A stretch of 64,000 bases of DNA from Mytilus edulis (Eukaryota). This document shows, piece after piece, positions 12,723 to 25,575 of this stretch. The stretch's first letter is position 1. Each line of letters begins with the position of its first letter. A program made the position numbers and the translations under genes. The notes beneath the pieces were generated by a model. It had not been told where the DNA came from and ran no database searches. It worked only from the letters and a program-made list of their open reading frames with translations. The DNA lies in the NCBI RefSeq assembly GCF_963676685.1, contig NC_092345.1:49166001-49230000 (forward strand), given 5' to 3'.

Positions 12723-13974
12723 TTTAGCTCACCTGACCTGAAAGGTCAAGTGAGCTTTTCTCATCACTTGGCGTCCGTCGTCCGTCGTCTGTAAACTTTT
12801 ACAAAAATCTTCTCCTCTGAAACTACTTGGCCAAATTCTACCAAACTTGGCCACAATCATCCTTGGGGTATCTAGTTTAAAAAATGTGTGGCGAGACCCG
12901 TCAAACCTACCAAGATGGCCGCCATGGCTAAAAATAGAACATAGGGGTAAAATGCAGTTTTTGGCTTATAACTCAAAAACCAAAGCATTTAGAGCAAATC
13001 TGACAGGGGTAAAATTGTTGATCAGGTCAAGATCTATCTGCCCTGAAATTTTCAGACGAATCGGACAACCTGTTGTTGGGTTGCTGCCTGTGAAATGGTT
13101 ATTTTAAGGAAATTTTGCAGGTTTTGGTTATTATCTTGAATACTATTATAGATAGAGATAAACTGTAAACAGCAATAATGTTCAGCAAAGTAAGACCTAC
13201 AAATAAGTCAACATGACCAAAATGGTCAGTCGACCCCTTAAGGAGTTATTGCCCTTTATAGTAAATTTTTAACAACTTTTCGTCATTTTTTGTTACTTTT
13301 CTAAAAATCTTCTTCTCTGAAACTACTTTGCCAAATTTAACCAAACTTGGCCACAATTATCATTGTGGTTTACAGTTTATAAAATGTGTCCGATGACCCA
13401 GCCTACCAAACAAAATGGCCGACATGGCTAAAATTAGAACATAGTGGTAAAATGCAGTTTTTGCTTTATATCTTTAAAACTAAGACATTTAGGGCAAATC
13501 TTTCAAGATTTTAATGTCCATCAGAATAAGATATATCCCCTCACAAATTTTCAATTGAATCGGACAACCTGTTGTCGGGTTGCTGCCCTAAAATTGGTGA
13601 TTTTAAGGAAATTTTGCAGTTTTTGGTTATTATCTTGAATACTATTATAGATAGAGATAAACTGTAAACAGCAATAATGTTCAGCAAAGTAAGATCTACA
13701 AATAAGTCAGCATGATCAAAATTGTTAGAGGACCCCTTAAGGAGTTATTGCCCTTTATAGTCAATATTGAACAACTTTTCGTCATTTTTGTAACATGTAT
13801 AAAAATCATTTCTAAAACTACTTGGCCAAATTTAACCAAACTTGGCCACAATCATAATACTAGGGTATCTTTTTTTTTTAAAAGTGTCTAATGACCCCGC
13901 CTACCAACGAAGATGGCCAACATCTGTAAACACATTAACAGGTGAGCGACACAGGCTCTTGAGAGCCTCTAGTT
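12723..13974 (+). mobile_element. Helentron-associated non-autonomous element (HINE / DINE-1-like)
   Basis: T-rich ends, subterminal IR GCTCACCTG...CAGGTGAGC, 5' hairpin, (GTCC/GTC)n microsatellite, ~500-bp internal tandem units, 3' hairpin AGGCTCTTGAGAGCCT. Confidence 0.85.
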
Positions 13975-16265
13975 TTATTTGTACATGTATGTAAAAGTTA
14001 AGATAGATAATCAGCTAGTTAATTTATAGGATTTTTAGTTTAGAGCTGCTATATGCACAGGATTTATTTAATTTTACAGTTTTTAAGTTTATGTGTTTCT
14101 TCGGTTTCGCTTTGTGACACGGTTTTGTTTCAGTTCAATCGATTTTTTACTATTGAACAGCGGTATGCTAATGTTGCATTTATTTACCTCAGTGGTTGAA
14201 CTCTTTTTTTCAGGTACCACATACATATGTATGAAACAACAATAAAGAATTGATAGTTGTAGCAAATTTACCTGACGATATCTGGATATGGGTATTTAGT
14301 CGGATCTTAACACGTACTTGTGATTTGTTTAAAACCGGTTTTAACGAAGAAATGTCGAAATGTTCAGAACTTAATTAAATCTGTTTTTTGGTAAGATGGT
14401 GCAAGCATACGATTTTTATTGCGTCTTACACTTTGAGAAGCGAATAATCTATAGCTACTTTATATAAATATTGTGTAAAAACGTTAATTATGAGCTATGA
14501 AAGTCAAGTGGCTCAAGCATTTTACTGAGGAAGTTTTAAAAAAATGCAAAGAAATATTTTACCAGTGGGTTAGATTTCATTAGTCTTCACTATTTATAGA
14601 TTAAAAACTTTTGGTTATATCTATAATTTAGAATCATCATTGAAGGTGGAGCGCGGTTGCACAGTTAATTAATTATATTGATGTGTCATTTGTATGCAAG
14701 AGTGACATTCCGTTGTATTATGTGCCAATTCGAAAAAGTTATACGAGTATTGTCTCCCTTTAACAGGTTCATTATTTTATAATTAAGTTTAGGTTTCTGA
14801 TCTAAATTTGAATAGTTACAAAATGTATCAATTCAATATAATTCAGTTTTTGTTATAGGTGTATCAAAAATATTGATGTACGAATATAATTTCATAAATT
14901 TGAAACGTTTAAAATGATTACATACCAATATAAAGAACCGTTCATCATTTTTGAAAAAGACTATGATTAAATTACATATTATTTATCTTCCCTTCATGAT
15001 ATATTGATTGGGAAATGAACCAGAGTTATCTAAAGGTAATCACAGAGAGGGACTAGTAAGCAATTTTTAAATGTAGCTTATTTAATGTTAAAACTACTTT
15101 CCACTATAAACAAATGTTACTTTATACAAATATAAGAACCTTGTTAAGAGGTCGGTTGAAACTATTTTTTAGTACACAGTATAGATTCAAAATTAAATTT
15201 GTAAAACTATGTAGTAAATAAGGATACAGCCATAAAATATGGAATCTTTTGTTTATTTTACTAATAACGTAGATGGAAAAATTTCGAAATAAATGCAAGA
15301 AGAGCAAAAAAGTGTTGATAATTAGAATTCTACAATCGAAAAATACGTTACCACTTTTCAAATTAATTATTCTAATGCTTTACACAGATTTTGAATATTA
15401 AAACGCATTCAATTCTTTATTTTTGTGTCATATTTTGTATTGGGTACCTGTAACAAAGAAAAAACAACTCTAGAAATTGAAACCAATCTAGATCTGAGTT
15501 ATGCCGCTTTGTGCAACGAATATCACTTTAATCATGTAACATTTCGTTACCGCAACCAGCCTTAACATATATGCGCACAGCCTTTTAAAGACTGTTAGAA
15601 CTATATATGTTACAAAAACGTATACTGAGCGAAGCTTTTCTTTGTTACCTTCATAGGAAAACTATCAAAATTGAAACCAAATACACGCACGGCTGTAAAA
15701 GTTTGATAAAATGTTCTATATGAATGCCTATATAAAGTCCGATTGTATTATTCACGCTATGCTGGAATAATCCATTAATTACATTGTACACTCAGTTTTT
15801 CTCACTGGCAATTAGACAAAAACTTTAATAGACATAACTAAATCGTGTAAGATGTTTTTACACCAAAAGTTAGTATACTCAAACTTATAAGACATTTTTT
15901 TTCAAAATACTTGTCTGAACAGATATGAAGATACGAACGACACACTTAAAATCAACAAGCGGAGAATAAAAAACGTCGCAGGGGACCAATTCTATACAAT
16001 AATTTACAGAACATATGTTCTTTTCACTGTCACGCTCCATTTTAATAATAGTTAATATAATCTTATTGTGTATAAACGATAATTTTTTTTCCCATGTTGT
16101 GTTCTACAATGAAAGAAAACAATATCGACAAAAATGAGCTTTCGATGAAAGATTTATTGCAAAGGTATTGTATTCTAGGGAATGATGGTCTTTGCCAGAT
16201 TTGGAATGTCGTGTCAAAATTTTAGTTTTCAATGCTTTTCAACTTGGTTATTATTTGAGTTTGTA

Positions 16266-17945
16266 AATAAAGGCAACAGTAGTATACGAAACTCATAAAT
16301 CGATTGAGAAAAAAAAATCTGGGTTACAAACTAAAACTGAGGGAAACACTCAAATATACGAGGAGAACAACGGTACAACAGACACACAACATTAAAATGT
16401 AACACACACAGAAACGAACTATAATATAACAATGGCCATTTTCCTGATTGATACAGGACATTTTAAGAAAAAAATGGTGGTTTAACCTGGTTTTGTGGCA
16501 TGCCAAACCTCCCGCTTTTATGGCAATGTTAAATATAACATTAAAATGACAACATTACAGGACAGGACTACAATACAAATAAATGAAAGAACATACAGGA
16601 CAGAGAAACACACGAATAATAGCTAACCAGGTTTAAAATATAATGCGCCAGACGTGCGTTTCGTCCACACAAGACCAGTTACGCCCAGATGAAAAAAGTT
16701 CGAAAACCAAAACAAGTACAAAGTTGAATAGCACTGAGGAGCAAAAGTTCCAAAAAGTTTTAACCAATACCTGCTAGGGTTTTCTGCATGTGATAAGAAC
16801 ATCCTTATTATTTAGAATAATTCATACTTTTGCAACAGTAAATTTTATAAAATGACAACTAGTATATAATAGATATACATGATAAAACCGAAGTGGTGTC
16901 TAACTACAGAATAAAAACGGATACATTACATAAAACAACCTAATCCAGCACATATTAATACACAGCCGAGTTAGCCAAAGCCTCAACGCACAAAGTGACG
17001 TCACATTTGAAATTCTAAAAAAACACAAATTGACGTCACATTTGAATTTCTAAAAATATTTCCCAAAAATAAGATAGAATTAGAATTGATTCAAGATTAG
17101 ATGTGTAATACTGATATTACATCTAATGAAAATTACAATACTTATTAATATCAAATTGTGGTAGTAATTAGATAATTAATTGTATTATCTAGCTATGTCG
17201 GTGTTTCTTCTGAATCAAACTGTAAACCAAATAAATCGTGTAAATTTCGTTGAACCAAACTAAAATCTAATAAATGAAGGGGGCGATTAATTATCTTTAC
17301 CATTACACACGAATATAACAGAAAAGACGTTAAAACATTTGACAAAGCCGATGAGAATAACAAATATAACATCAAAACTGAATACATGAATTTGGGATAG
17401 AAAAGTACCGTGACACGTCTTATAGCAATGCGAATTCACACTCAGCAAAACAGTCACAATAAAAGATCAGACGACGTAATGAAAAAACCCACAATCTAAC
17501 ACGTGGTAGAAATGTTCTTAGTTAGTTTGGACTAAGACACATCGTATGGATCAACCAATTCGTGATGGTGGCCGTAAAATTAAGGAGAGTCATTTTTAAT
17601 CTGTCCTCCTCATAACTTTGTTGGGGCAGTTTCTGCGTAAGGAGCAAACTCCTGTATATGAAGTCCGTATAGTGTGAACAAGCACGAGAATAACGTATCA
17701 ATTGAAGTAAACACCATACGAAGGAGCAGAGAGTATGTTACTGCTGAGAAATGGGAAATTGATAATTGGGAAGTTGAAATCGTCCTGTTTATCATAGATT
17801 TTCGTGTGAAGTCGTCCGTCTGTGTCAATATTGAGGAAAAGATCAAGGTATGAAGCAGTCCTTCTAGTATCAGTAGTATCCTTAATTTCAAGTTCAGTGG
17901 GATATATAAGATGTAAGTATTGGATGAAATATATAATACGTATGT
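16266..17945 (-). mobile_element. 5'-truncated Penelope-like element: RT thumb region, 3' UTR with hammerhead remnant, and 3' terminus
   Basis: YLHLIYPTELEIKDTTDTRRTASYLDLFLNIDTDGRLHTKIYDKQDDFNFPIINFPFLSSNILSAPSYGVY; same subfamily as 11585-12640; ends GTATACTACTGTTGCCTTT. Confidence 0.88.
16645..16686 (-). ncRNA. Degenerate type I hammerhead ribozyme (core deletion)
   Basis: GGGCGTAA CTG[ATGA missing]GTC TTGTGTG GAC GAAAC GCAC GTC TGGCGC. Confidence 0.7.
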
Positions 17946-18090
17946 TTTCAGCACCATTGTTCATTAAATATCAAAATCGTTACGAATATTACAGTGTTCA
18001 AGACGTATTAGACACAACTTTTTCGGAATATGGAGTTTTTAATGCTCTTCATCTTCGTATTTGATTTAACCTTCCAACTGGTTTATTCGA

Positions 18091-18131
18091 GCGTCACTGA
18101 TATGTCTCATGTAGATGAAAAGCATTTCTGG
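18091..18131 (+). ncRNA. Degenerate hammerhead ribozyme copy
   Basis: GCGTCA CTGATAT GTCTCATGTAGAT GAAA AGCATTTC TGG, with the same flanks as the other copies. Confidence 0.55.
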
Positions 18132-18799
18132 TTTTCCAAATTATAAGCCTGGTATTTGATGAGTTTTTATTTCTAAGACATACCGGTAATTTGCCTGAGT
18201 GAAAATGGGAATTTTTTTTTTGATTTTCAGTGCTTTTTAGATTCGTGACATATTAGGTGTTTTACATGTTTATAATTGTATGCTACTGTTATTGACGTCG
18301 GAAACACGCGTCTAGAAAGTTCAATCATAAGTCCGACCTTCCATCATAAACCGTTTTCAGTGCTCAGATTAGTTGTGCTTGAAACACCAAATTCAGTATT
18401 TTGAATGGTTTAGTAAGATACTCGTAGTCAAAATCTTTGTAATCATACGTCGATATACAAAAAAGGATATATATGATTAGGTTTTTTCTTTCATAATCAT
18501 TACTTTAGGTATCAATTGTATATAAGAGACTACATAAGATACGGTTCGTTTGAATTTGACTCCCTGCATTAGAAGTGCTTATTGTATTTCTCTCAATTTT
18601 GTCGTTTTATTTTGCTTGTACCGTTCTAGCTTCTTACTTTGTGTCTATACTAATATCTTGTACATTTCTGTAACATACACAGCTAGTATAAAAATAATTT
18701 GAATCAAATGCTCTGTAATTTAATCTCAAAGCATAACTTTGTACTTATTTCTACAACAATTCTACAACGTTTGTTTTCATGATTGCTGAATTCAGATGA

Positions 18800-19092
18800 A
18801 AATAAAATGGTGGAATGGCAATGAGGAATGTGTCAAGGAGACAACAACCTGACCATAGAACAGACAACAGCAGAAAGTCTCCAACAGGTCTTCAATGCAG
18901 CGAGAAATTTCCGCACCCGGAAGCGTCCTTCAGCTGGCCCATAAACAAATATGTATACTAGTTCAGTGATAATGAACGCCATACTAAACTCCAAATTGTA
19001 CACAAGAAACTAAAATTCAAAATAATACAAGACTAACAAAGGCCTGAGGCTCCTGACTTAGGACAGGTGCAAAAATGCGGCGGGGTTAAACC
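18800..19092 (-). repeat. Dispersed repeat family B (putative PLE 3'-terminal fragment)
   Basis: GGAATGTGTCAA.GAGACAACAACC...CCTGACTTRGGACAGG...GGCGGGGTTAAAC. Other copies at 62-345, 33685-33743, 35157-35250, 37909-38197 and 58585-58743. Confidence 0.75.
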
Positions 19093-19351
19093 TGTTGCTA
19101 AATTCAGATGATTTTATTTGTATTTTAATTTTAACTTTTTATCGGCTAGTTTCGTGCGATCGTATCCTTATGCTTGTATTTTAATGATTCCATGATATAC
19201 TGACTGGAAATACCAATATACTTGTGCGTCTGGTAAATTATGAAGATCACAAGGTATAATTTACTAATAAAGACATCAAATATCATAAGTTCTAATTTAT
19301 AACATTAGAAAAGGGACATCAAATTAAAGTGTCTTGTTTTATTCTTATTAT

Positions 19352-19651
19352 TCAATTATCGATAATCCATTTCGGATATTGCTTTATTAGTTCGTCATAG
19401 TTATGATCAGCTGGCAGACATGTGGACTCCCGTTTCACGCCATAACGCTGTACTCTTACAGTTGATCCCCTTTTGGACCTTTCTATCGGCTCTACACGTA
19501 CAGCATTTTTAGAGGAAATAGCTGCATCTTCAGCAAAATAATTATAGGGCAAGAATAAACAACTATTATCCATACCAGGTGATGTTGTGACAGGAAGATC
19601 TTCTGTGTGTGGAATGTGATATTGACCCATAGTAATCCAGGCTACCAAATC
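19352..19651 (-). CDS. Copper amine oxidase, exon 3 of 3
   Basis: Acceptor TCTCTTAAG|GAT, phase 0. DLVAWITMGQYHIPHTEDLP...LPYNYF carries the third Cu-ligand His motif of AOC enzymes. AATAAA follows the stop (19338-19343). Confidence 0.95.
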   Translation of the reverse strand, partial: DLVAWITMGQYHIPHTEDLPVTTSPGMDNSCLFLPYNYFAEDAAISSKNAVRVEPIERSKRGSTVRVQRYGVKRESTCLPADHNYDELIKQYPKWIIDN

Positions 19652-19930
19652 CTTAAGAGAAAAAAACATTTAAGAGCTGAATTTTAGTTAAGATTAGTTA
19701 AGATAGGAAACAATATTATGTTCAGTCAATGTATTGAAAGGTAAATGGTATGTTAAAACTACAAATTATATCGAAGTGATAAGCAAATGAAAATATACAT
19801 GTGTTCTTTTTTTTCAATTATATTCGGACTCTGTTTTCTTTGTAATATTTGTTCTTGGTTTACTTTTTTTCGTCGATACATCCATTGTAAAATAAAATAT
19901 ATATAAACACATTGCTTATATTAGACTTAC

Positions 19931-22008
19931 TTCATCTAAAATAGAATCGTTGTCGTCAATGTATTTCTGGAAATCTACTACTGGTTCTTTTATATCCAAA
20001 GAACCATAAACAGAAGAACTTGTTCGTTCAGAGTCGTTATATTTAGTAACTGCCATTTGGTAACGTGCCCAACTGGCTATAGGTTCATTTCCGTATCCTC
20101 TTGGTAATAACTGATAAGTCATGCCTTTATTTAAAATTCTATAACTTTTAACATTACCATAGTTATCCTTCATTTGTTCGTTGTACATAACTAGGTACTT
20201 TGGGGCATCGAAGTTAAAACGGTAAGCTGCGTCTTTTTCCGTTTTTTTGACAGATGTGTTAAATTTGAGTTGGATAATTTGTTCAACCGGAACTTCAGAG
20301 AACTGGTTTTCTATCTCTTCTGTGTTAATATCTAATGTTGCAAATCTATTTGATGTACCCTTTATATCTAGATCGGCTTTTATATGAAAAAGATGATGAT
20401 GAATAGGCGCGCCAAAATTATCATGCAGCTGGAATGAATATTTTTCGTCACCTTTTGTATAAAATAACGCCCGTACATAACCAGTGCTCGTCACCTTCAC
20501 TTCTAGCGCTCCATTAGGATAGAAAATAAAATCTATTATATAGTCATAATTGCCAATTGTAGGAATGGTCCTTAAGACAAGAACTATATTTTCCATTCCT
20601 TCGTAAAATCTACCATTACTAAACCAGTAAGAATGATGCCGCCTAAGTGGCATACCTGTATTCAATTCAAACAGACAAAACGAAGTCGTAAGTTCATAAG
20701 AACTTACACCTCCGACATGGAAACTAGAGCCAATAAGGGTTGCATCTTCAGGACAGTCGACACCAGGAAATAAAACTTTTGATTGCAAGCCTATAAGTGC
20801 AATACTATCCAGAAATTGTGCTAAAATGTCATTTGGTTTAAAACCAGAATAAAAAACAGCTATTTCCTGTATACTAAGTTCATAAGCAATCCGTTCATTT
20901 TTAAATCGGATATCATACAACTGTGGTCCATGTATTGTAGACATTCGAAAATCAAATTTCCAAAACATGTATTCGACATGATGTCCTTGGACATTGTATC
21001 GCTTACCATCAGGCGAAAACTGCTTTGGGTTTCTAAGCGATGGATCCATTGGAGGAATGCCTCGCTGATTTAAAGTAGAAAAATCGTCAGAGCTATACAA
21101 GGGCAGTGGAATTTTGGGAATAGTTTCTTTGTTTTGATTATAGAATGTTAACACCTCAGTTATGTTATTGAATAGTGTACTATTAAACCAAATCTTTTCA
21201 ATGGTAAATATTTTCATATCTATATCAACGAGTACAGAAAAATCTAATAACCGGAATCCTGAATACTCTGAAATATGATTTAATGACGTCCATACTTTCC
21301 TTTTGTTTTCGCCAGAGAGTGTAGGAGATACGGCTACACCATTTCCAAATTGAAGACAAGCATTATCACAATTTGTAAGTCGTGCGCCAAAAATATCCAT
21401 GAACATGACACCAAGAAAAGGATCGATGTTTTCTCTTAAATATATTATCATTTTGTAATATTCATTTCCGCTAAATAGTGGGCGGTATACAAATGGGATT
21501 TTCTCAGACCTAAATGGTACGGGTCGGTAGTGTGTTGGCGTTGGTAGTGGACCAACTATTACTTCCTGCATGTATGGTGGTTGTTCATTTCCTCTGAATA
21601 TAATAACATGAGCTTCTCTTGGTGGTTTCGGTCCATTCCTATCAAGGTAATTTAAGACATCTTTTTTATCGGGTAAATATAAATCACTTAAAAAAATAAA
21701 ATTTTTGTCTACGTTAATATCTTTTAGATCTACGAGATTCAGTTCTTGTTGATTGTACAAAAACGATCGCAGTCCTTCAATTTCAGCTCTTGTCAGATGA
21801 ACAAATATAGAACTGGTATTTGATAGTTCAAGGTTTATTTTCCCGTATTTTTCACTAGTGGTTTGACATTTTCCGCTTTCTACCTTGTCATTTTTGTTGT
21901 TCTTTATGATTACAACGATGAGTGCTATAGCTAACCCCATAGACAACAGTCCTAGTAAAATTGCTATTATCCGCCATCTCTGCCCTGATATGTTGGTATA
22001 ACTTGGTC
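19931..22008 (-). CDS. Copper amine oxidase (membrane primary amine oxidase-like, AOC family), exon 2 of 3; full protein about 796 aa
   Basis: N-terminal type II TM helix (WRIIAILLGLLSMGLAIALIVVII). Catalytic Asp region QFLDS, TPQ consensus TIGNYDY, Cu ligands PIHHHLFH, plus LRRHH and ARYQMAVTKY motifs. Ends at donor GAA|GTAAGT. Confidence 0.95.
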
Positions 22009-22324
22009 CTACAAAACATATAGAATCCGCACTACTACATTGACGATTTTTTAATTATAAGAATTTTCTGTTTTTTTTTGTGATTTTCAACCGCTTTGAA
22101 GTTGTTTTTTTTTTTATTGTTTTGATCGTTTTACAAATTGCTATTCCCTCTCGGGCGAGAGTTTTAGAAAGTATTATGTTATGTAGTTTCAATATTTTTT
22201 GTACAAGATATTTTTTTTTTTAAATTGTATATTTTTGTGTACATATTTTGATAATAAATATCATATATTTTTAATATACAGAAATAAGGATAAGAAAATA
22301 TGTCATTATAATGTTATTATTTAC

Positions 22325-22337
22325 CTTTCATTTCCAT
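22325..22337 (-). CDS. Copper amine oxidase (AOC2/AOC3-like), coding exon 1 of 3 (MEMK-G)
   Basis: Minus strand reads ATG GAA ATG AAA G|GTAA. The phase-1 donor matches the phase of the acceptor TTTTGTAG|GA CCA at 22008 and gives MEMKGPSYTNISGQRWRIIAILLGLLSMG... Confidence 0.65.
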
Positions 22338-24888
22338 AGTGATCAGTGGTTATCTTTCATAGAAGATAGACAATTTTTGTAGGTTTAGTTTACAATCTAA
22401 AACAAAGACAAACATAGTTATCAATGTTTATCTTTCTTCTAAACCTGCACAAAACAACATGGGAGTCACAGTGTATCAATATTTACGATTTTTCTGATTA
22501 CTTGTTGATTGTGTTGGTTGATTCTTTCCAACCTAAAAGCATAGAGCTACATTCCTTGTAGTAGTATCTAGTTACAGAACGATGTAAGTTCTGCTTACTT
22601 TCGGTGGAAGAAAGAACTAAGATGGACGAAAGAGGTAACTAAGAGTCATAAGTCGAAGGACAGACAACACAATGGCAAAAAAATCGAACAGATCATAAAT
22701 AAACACGAACTAGTCAGTAGTCATGTGCTTGTAGTTCAGAGGTTATCATTGGTTTATGTCTACCCTATTTGTTTTTTTTTGTAAACTGTTTGTTATGAAT
22801 TAGAACGTTAGTTTTCACATTTGAATGTGTCATATTATTTATGTCGGCCGACGGGGCTTTTTTTAACCGACTCCCAGTATACGGTATGTGTTTTTCTAAT
22901 TGTTCAAGGTAGTAAAGTTGTTTATGAATTGATTGCTTACATTCATTTCATTTGAACGTTGGTGGATAGCTGTATCATTGGCATTTATACCACGTCTACT
23001 TATTTGTATGGCAAATCGATCGTAGATATTCACATTTTAACAAAAACTACAACTAAAAAGTAAAAACACAAAAATACTGAACTCAGAGGAAAATTCAAAA
23101 AGGAAAGTCCCAAATCAAATGGCAAATTCAAAAGTTCAAACACATCAAACAAATGGATAACAACTGTCATATTCCTGACTTGGTACAGGCATTTTCTTTG
23201 CTAAATGCTGCTTCTGGACACTTTGTAGTTGACTACCTAAATGAAACAAGAAAACCTATAAATTTCATTTTGATTTTTACCCACTGGAAATGGTCCACTA
23301 TATTTGCACATTTCAGTTCTTCTTACTGTAAAGAATCTCTTTAAGAGGTTATGGCCAAACTCTTGAGGGCAAGGCTAGATAGACTGCTTGCTGATGGATC
23401 CCGGAGATATCTTCTTAGAAAAGATATGTTTTGGAGGATTTTTTTTATCCTGAATTGCATTTAAAAATGTTACAAGTAGGGGGAGTTGTTCCAGCAGGAG
23501 ATATTTGTACTTCCCATGTCACAAGGGAAAATTGTTTGCGAAAGGAACTATTTGGAGGTAACATTTGTAGAGGACATGTAGAATACGTAAGATGCGTTTT
23601 GGCAGATATTGTTTCATAAGATTTTACGATGTACTTCTAACGCTGAACGATAGCAGTACAACACCGTTGTAGAAGCTACATGTAGCTATATACGCGTTAA
23701 AAGTCATATGAGATATGCAAAAATAACTTACGGCACTCACCGTGGCTGTTGATTCCTCGGGAACGCTCTCCTACCTTTTACATCAACACAGTTGTAGGAA
23801 TGGGTGGGCCGATGAGTTAGCTTTATACAAGCAGGATGCAAGAATAGCGTACAGCAGTCACTGTTGTTGATGTTTCCTCGGGAACGCTCTACTACCTTTT
23901 TAATGCTTACCAATTTGTTTCTATTTTACACATTGCAAAATTCCAATACGGACGAAGAACGTAAAGGGACCATGTATTTCATTCCTGAGAGAACGCCGAG
24001 GGTCTATGATTTATCCAGTAAAGAGCATTCTTTTCTTTTATCTTAATGCATATTGCAAATAAATTTAATAAACAACTATATTTAAAATACACTTACGACC
24101 GATACCTGGCTTATATGTATCACGGTTACACAGATTTGTATGGGAATTGCTGAAGCATGGATTTTTTTAAATATGTATACCACGAATAGTTTTTTAAATG
24201 AAATACATGAAGTATGATACTCTAAATTTAACGACAATTTCAAAACAAATGCTAATTTCAACAGTTTATGGTGTACCTCTAACGCTGAATGAGAACTGTT
24301 GTTCGTTTGGGGGGGGGGGGGGTCGGGAAGAAGGAAATTATTTAAAAGATTATATTTCGTTGATTTACAGGTTCAATGCAGACAAAAAGCGACATTTACA
24401 ATCGAATGACCACAATGTGATACAATTACCCCCCTTTGCAGTAAAATATGGTTCCCTTGGTATTTCACACATGATTATAATTGTTTATTGTTTTATCTTC
24501 TGTGAATGCTTATTGCACAAGTGATATTTAATTATCTCATTATTTTAAACTTTGTTAATTTGATTTATAATCATCTTAAAATTGTGGACCGATCAACTGT
24601 CCAATTTTAAATACTTTTTATGTATAAATAATAAGTTAAAAAAATACAACGGGTGCATATTTCGTCTACATAAAACTTAGCATTGGTGCTCCAATCTAAC
24701 TAATTTGAAACACAAGTAAATTACAAAGTTGAAAAGCTTCTGAATTGACATTTCAAATTTTCTACGGTAATTAATGCCTTGGATTGAAAACCTTCGTTAT
24801 TGATTTTTCAACGAATACTCATTTTTGTAAGTATAGTTTGGTCCTCAATGCTCTTCAACTTCGTACTTGTTTTTGCCTTTTTATTCGA

Positions 24889-24932
24889 GCGTCGCTGATG
24901 AATCTTTTGAAAACGAAACGCGCGTCCGATAT
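24889..24932 (+). ncRNA. Type I minimal hammerhead ribozyme (stem II damaged)
   Basis: GCGTCG CTGATGA ATCTTTTGAAAAC GAAA C GCGC GTC CGAT; stem I GTCG/CGAT. Confidence 0.75.
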
Positions 24933-25239
24933 AAAATTTCAATTGTAGTATCTATGATGAGTTTATTTACAACCACTGGGTCGATGCCACTGCTGGTTGA
25001 GTTTTTATTCACCGGGGGTATCACTAGCACTTCTGTGTTAACATGAATTATAGTTGATATGGTCATGGTTATAAATTATCTGTTTACAAAACTTTGAATT
25101 TCCGAAATAATAAGGATTTTCTACCTCAGGAATAAATTAGCTTAGTTGTATTTGGCAAAGCGTTTAGGAATTTGTTATCCTCAATGCTCTTCAACTTCGT
25201 ACTTGTTTTAGCCTTTTTAACTTTTTTTTTATTATTCAA

Positions 25240-25283
25240 GCGTCACTGATCAGTCTTTTGTTGACGAAATGCACTTCTGGCGC
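25240..25283 (+). ncRNA. Type I hammerhead ribozyme, degenerate core
   Basis: GCGTCA CTGATCA GTC TTTTGTT GAC GAAA TGCACTTC TGGCGC; stem I and stem II intact, core G8->C. Confidence 0.7.
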
Positions 25284-25575
25284 AAATATAAAGTTTCAAT
25301 CCTGGTATCTATGATGAGTTTAGTTACTTATGGCTTTCAACGCAAAACATACAGAAATAATGTTCATCTTTTATGCGCAATAGGAGTATACTAGTATTTT
25401 ACAATGAAAGAACCCGTGACATTGCGAAGATTACATGCTCGGTAAATGAGTTGTGTACAACTGGAAGATGTCTTGGAAAAGTTTGGATGAGGATATAAGT
25501 AAAGGCAACAGTAGTATACCGCTGTTCAAACTCACTTTATTAATTGGTGTATGGAAAGGTCTCTTGTAGCTTTAA

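Larger units (their letters stand above)
24835..25322 (+). mobile_element. Non-LTR retrozyme: 351-nt unit bounded by two type I hammerhead motifs
   Basis: Direct repeat CCTCAATGCTCTTCAACTTCGTACTTG...GCGTC(G/A)CTGAT...GAAA...GTATCTATGATGAGTT; CTGAT cores at 24895 and 25246. Confidence 0.85.

Noticed and set aside
12847-13638. ORFs in HINE repeats (also 57375-57584, 59946-60611)
   Set aside because: Incidental frames within non-coding tandem units repeated at several loci.
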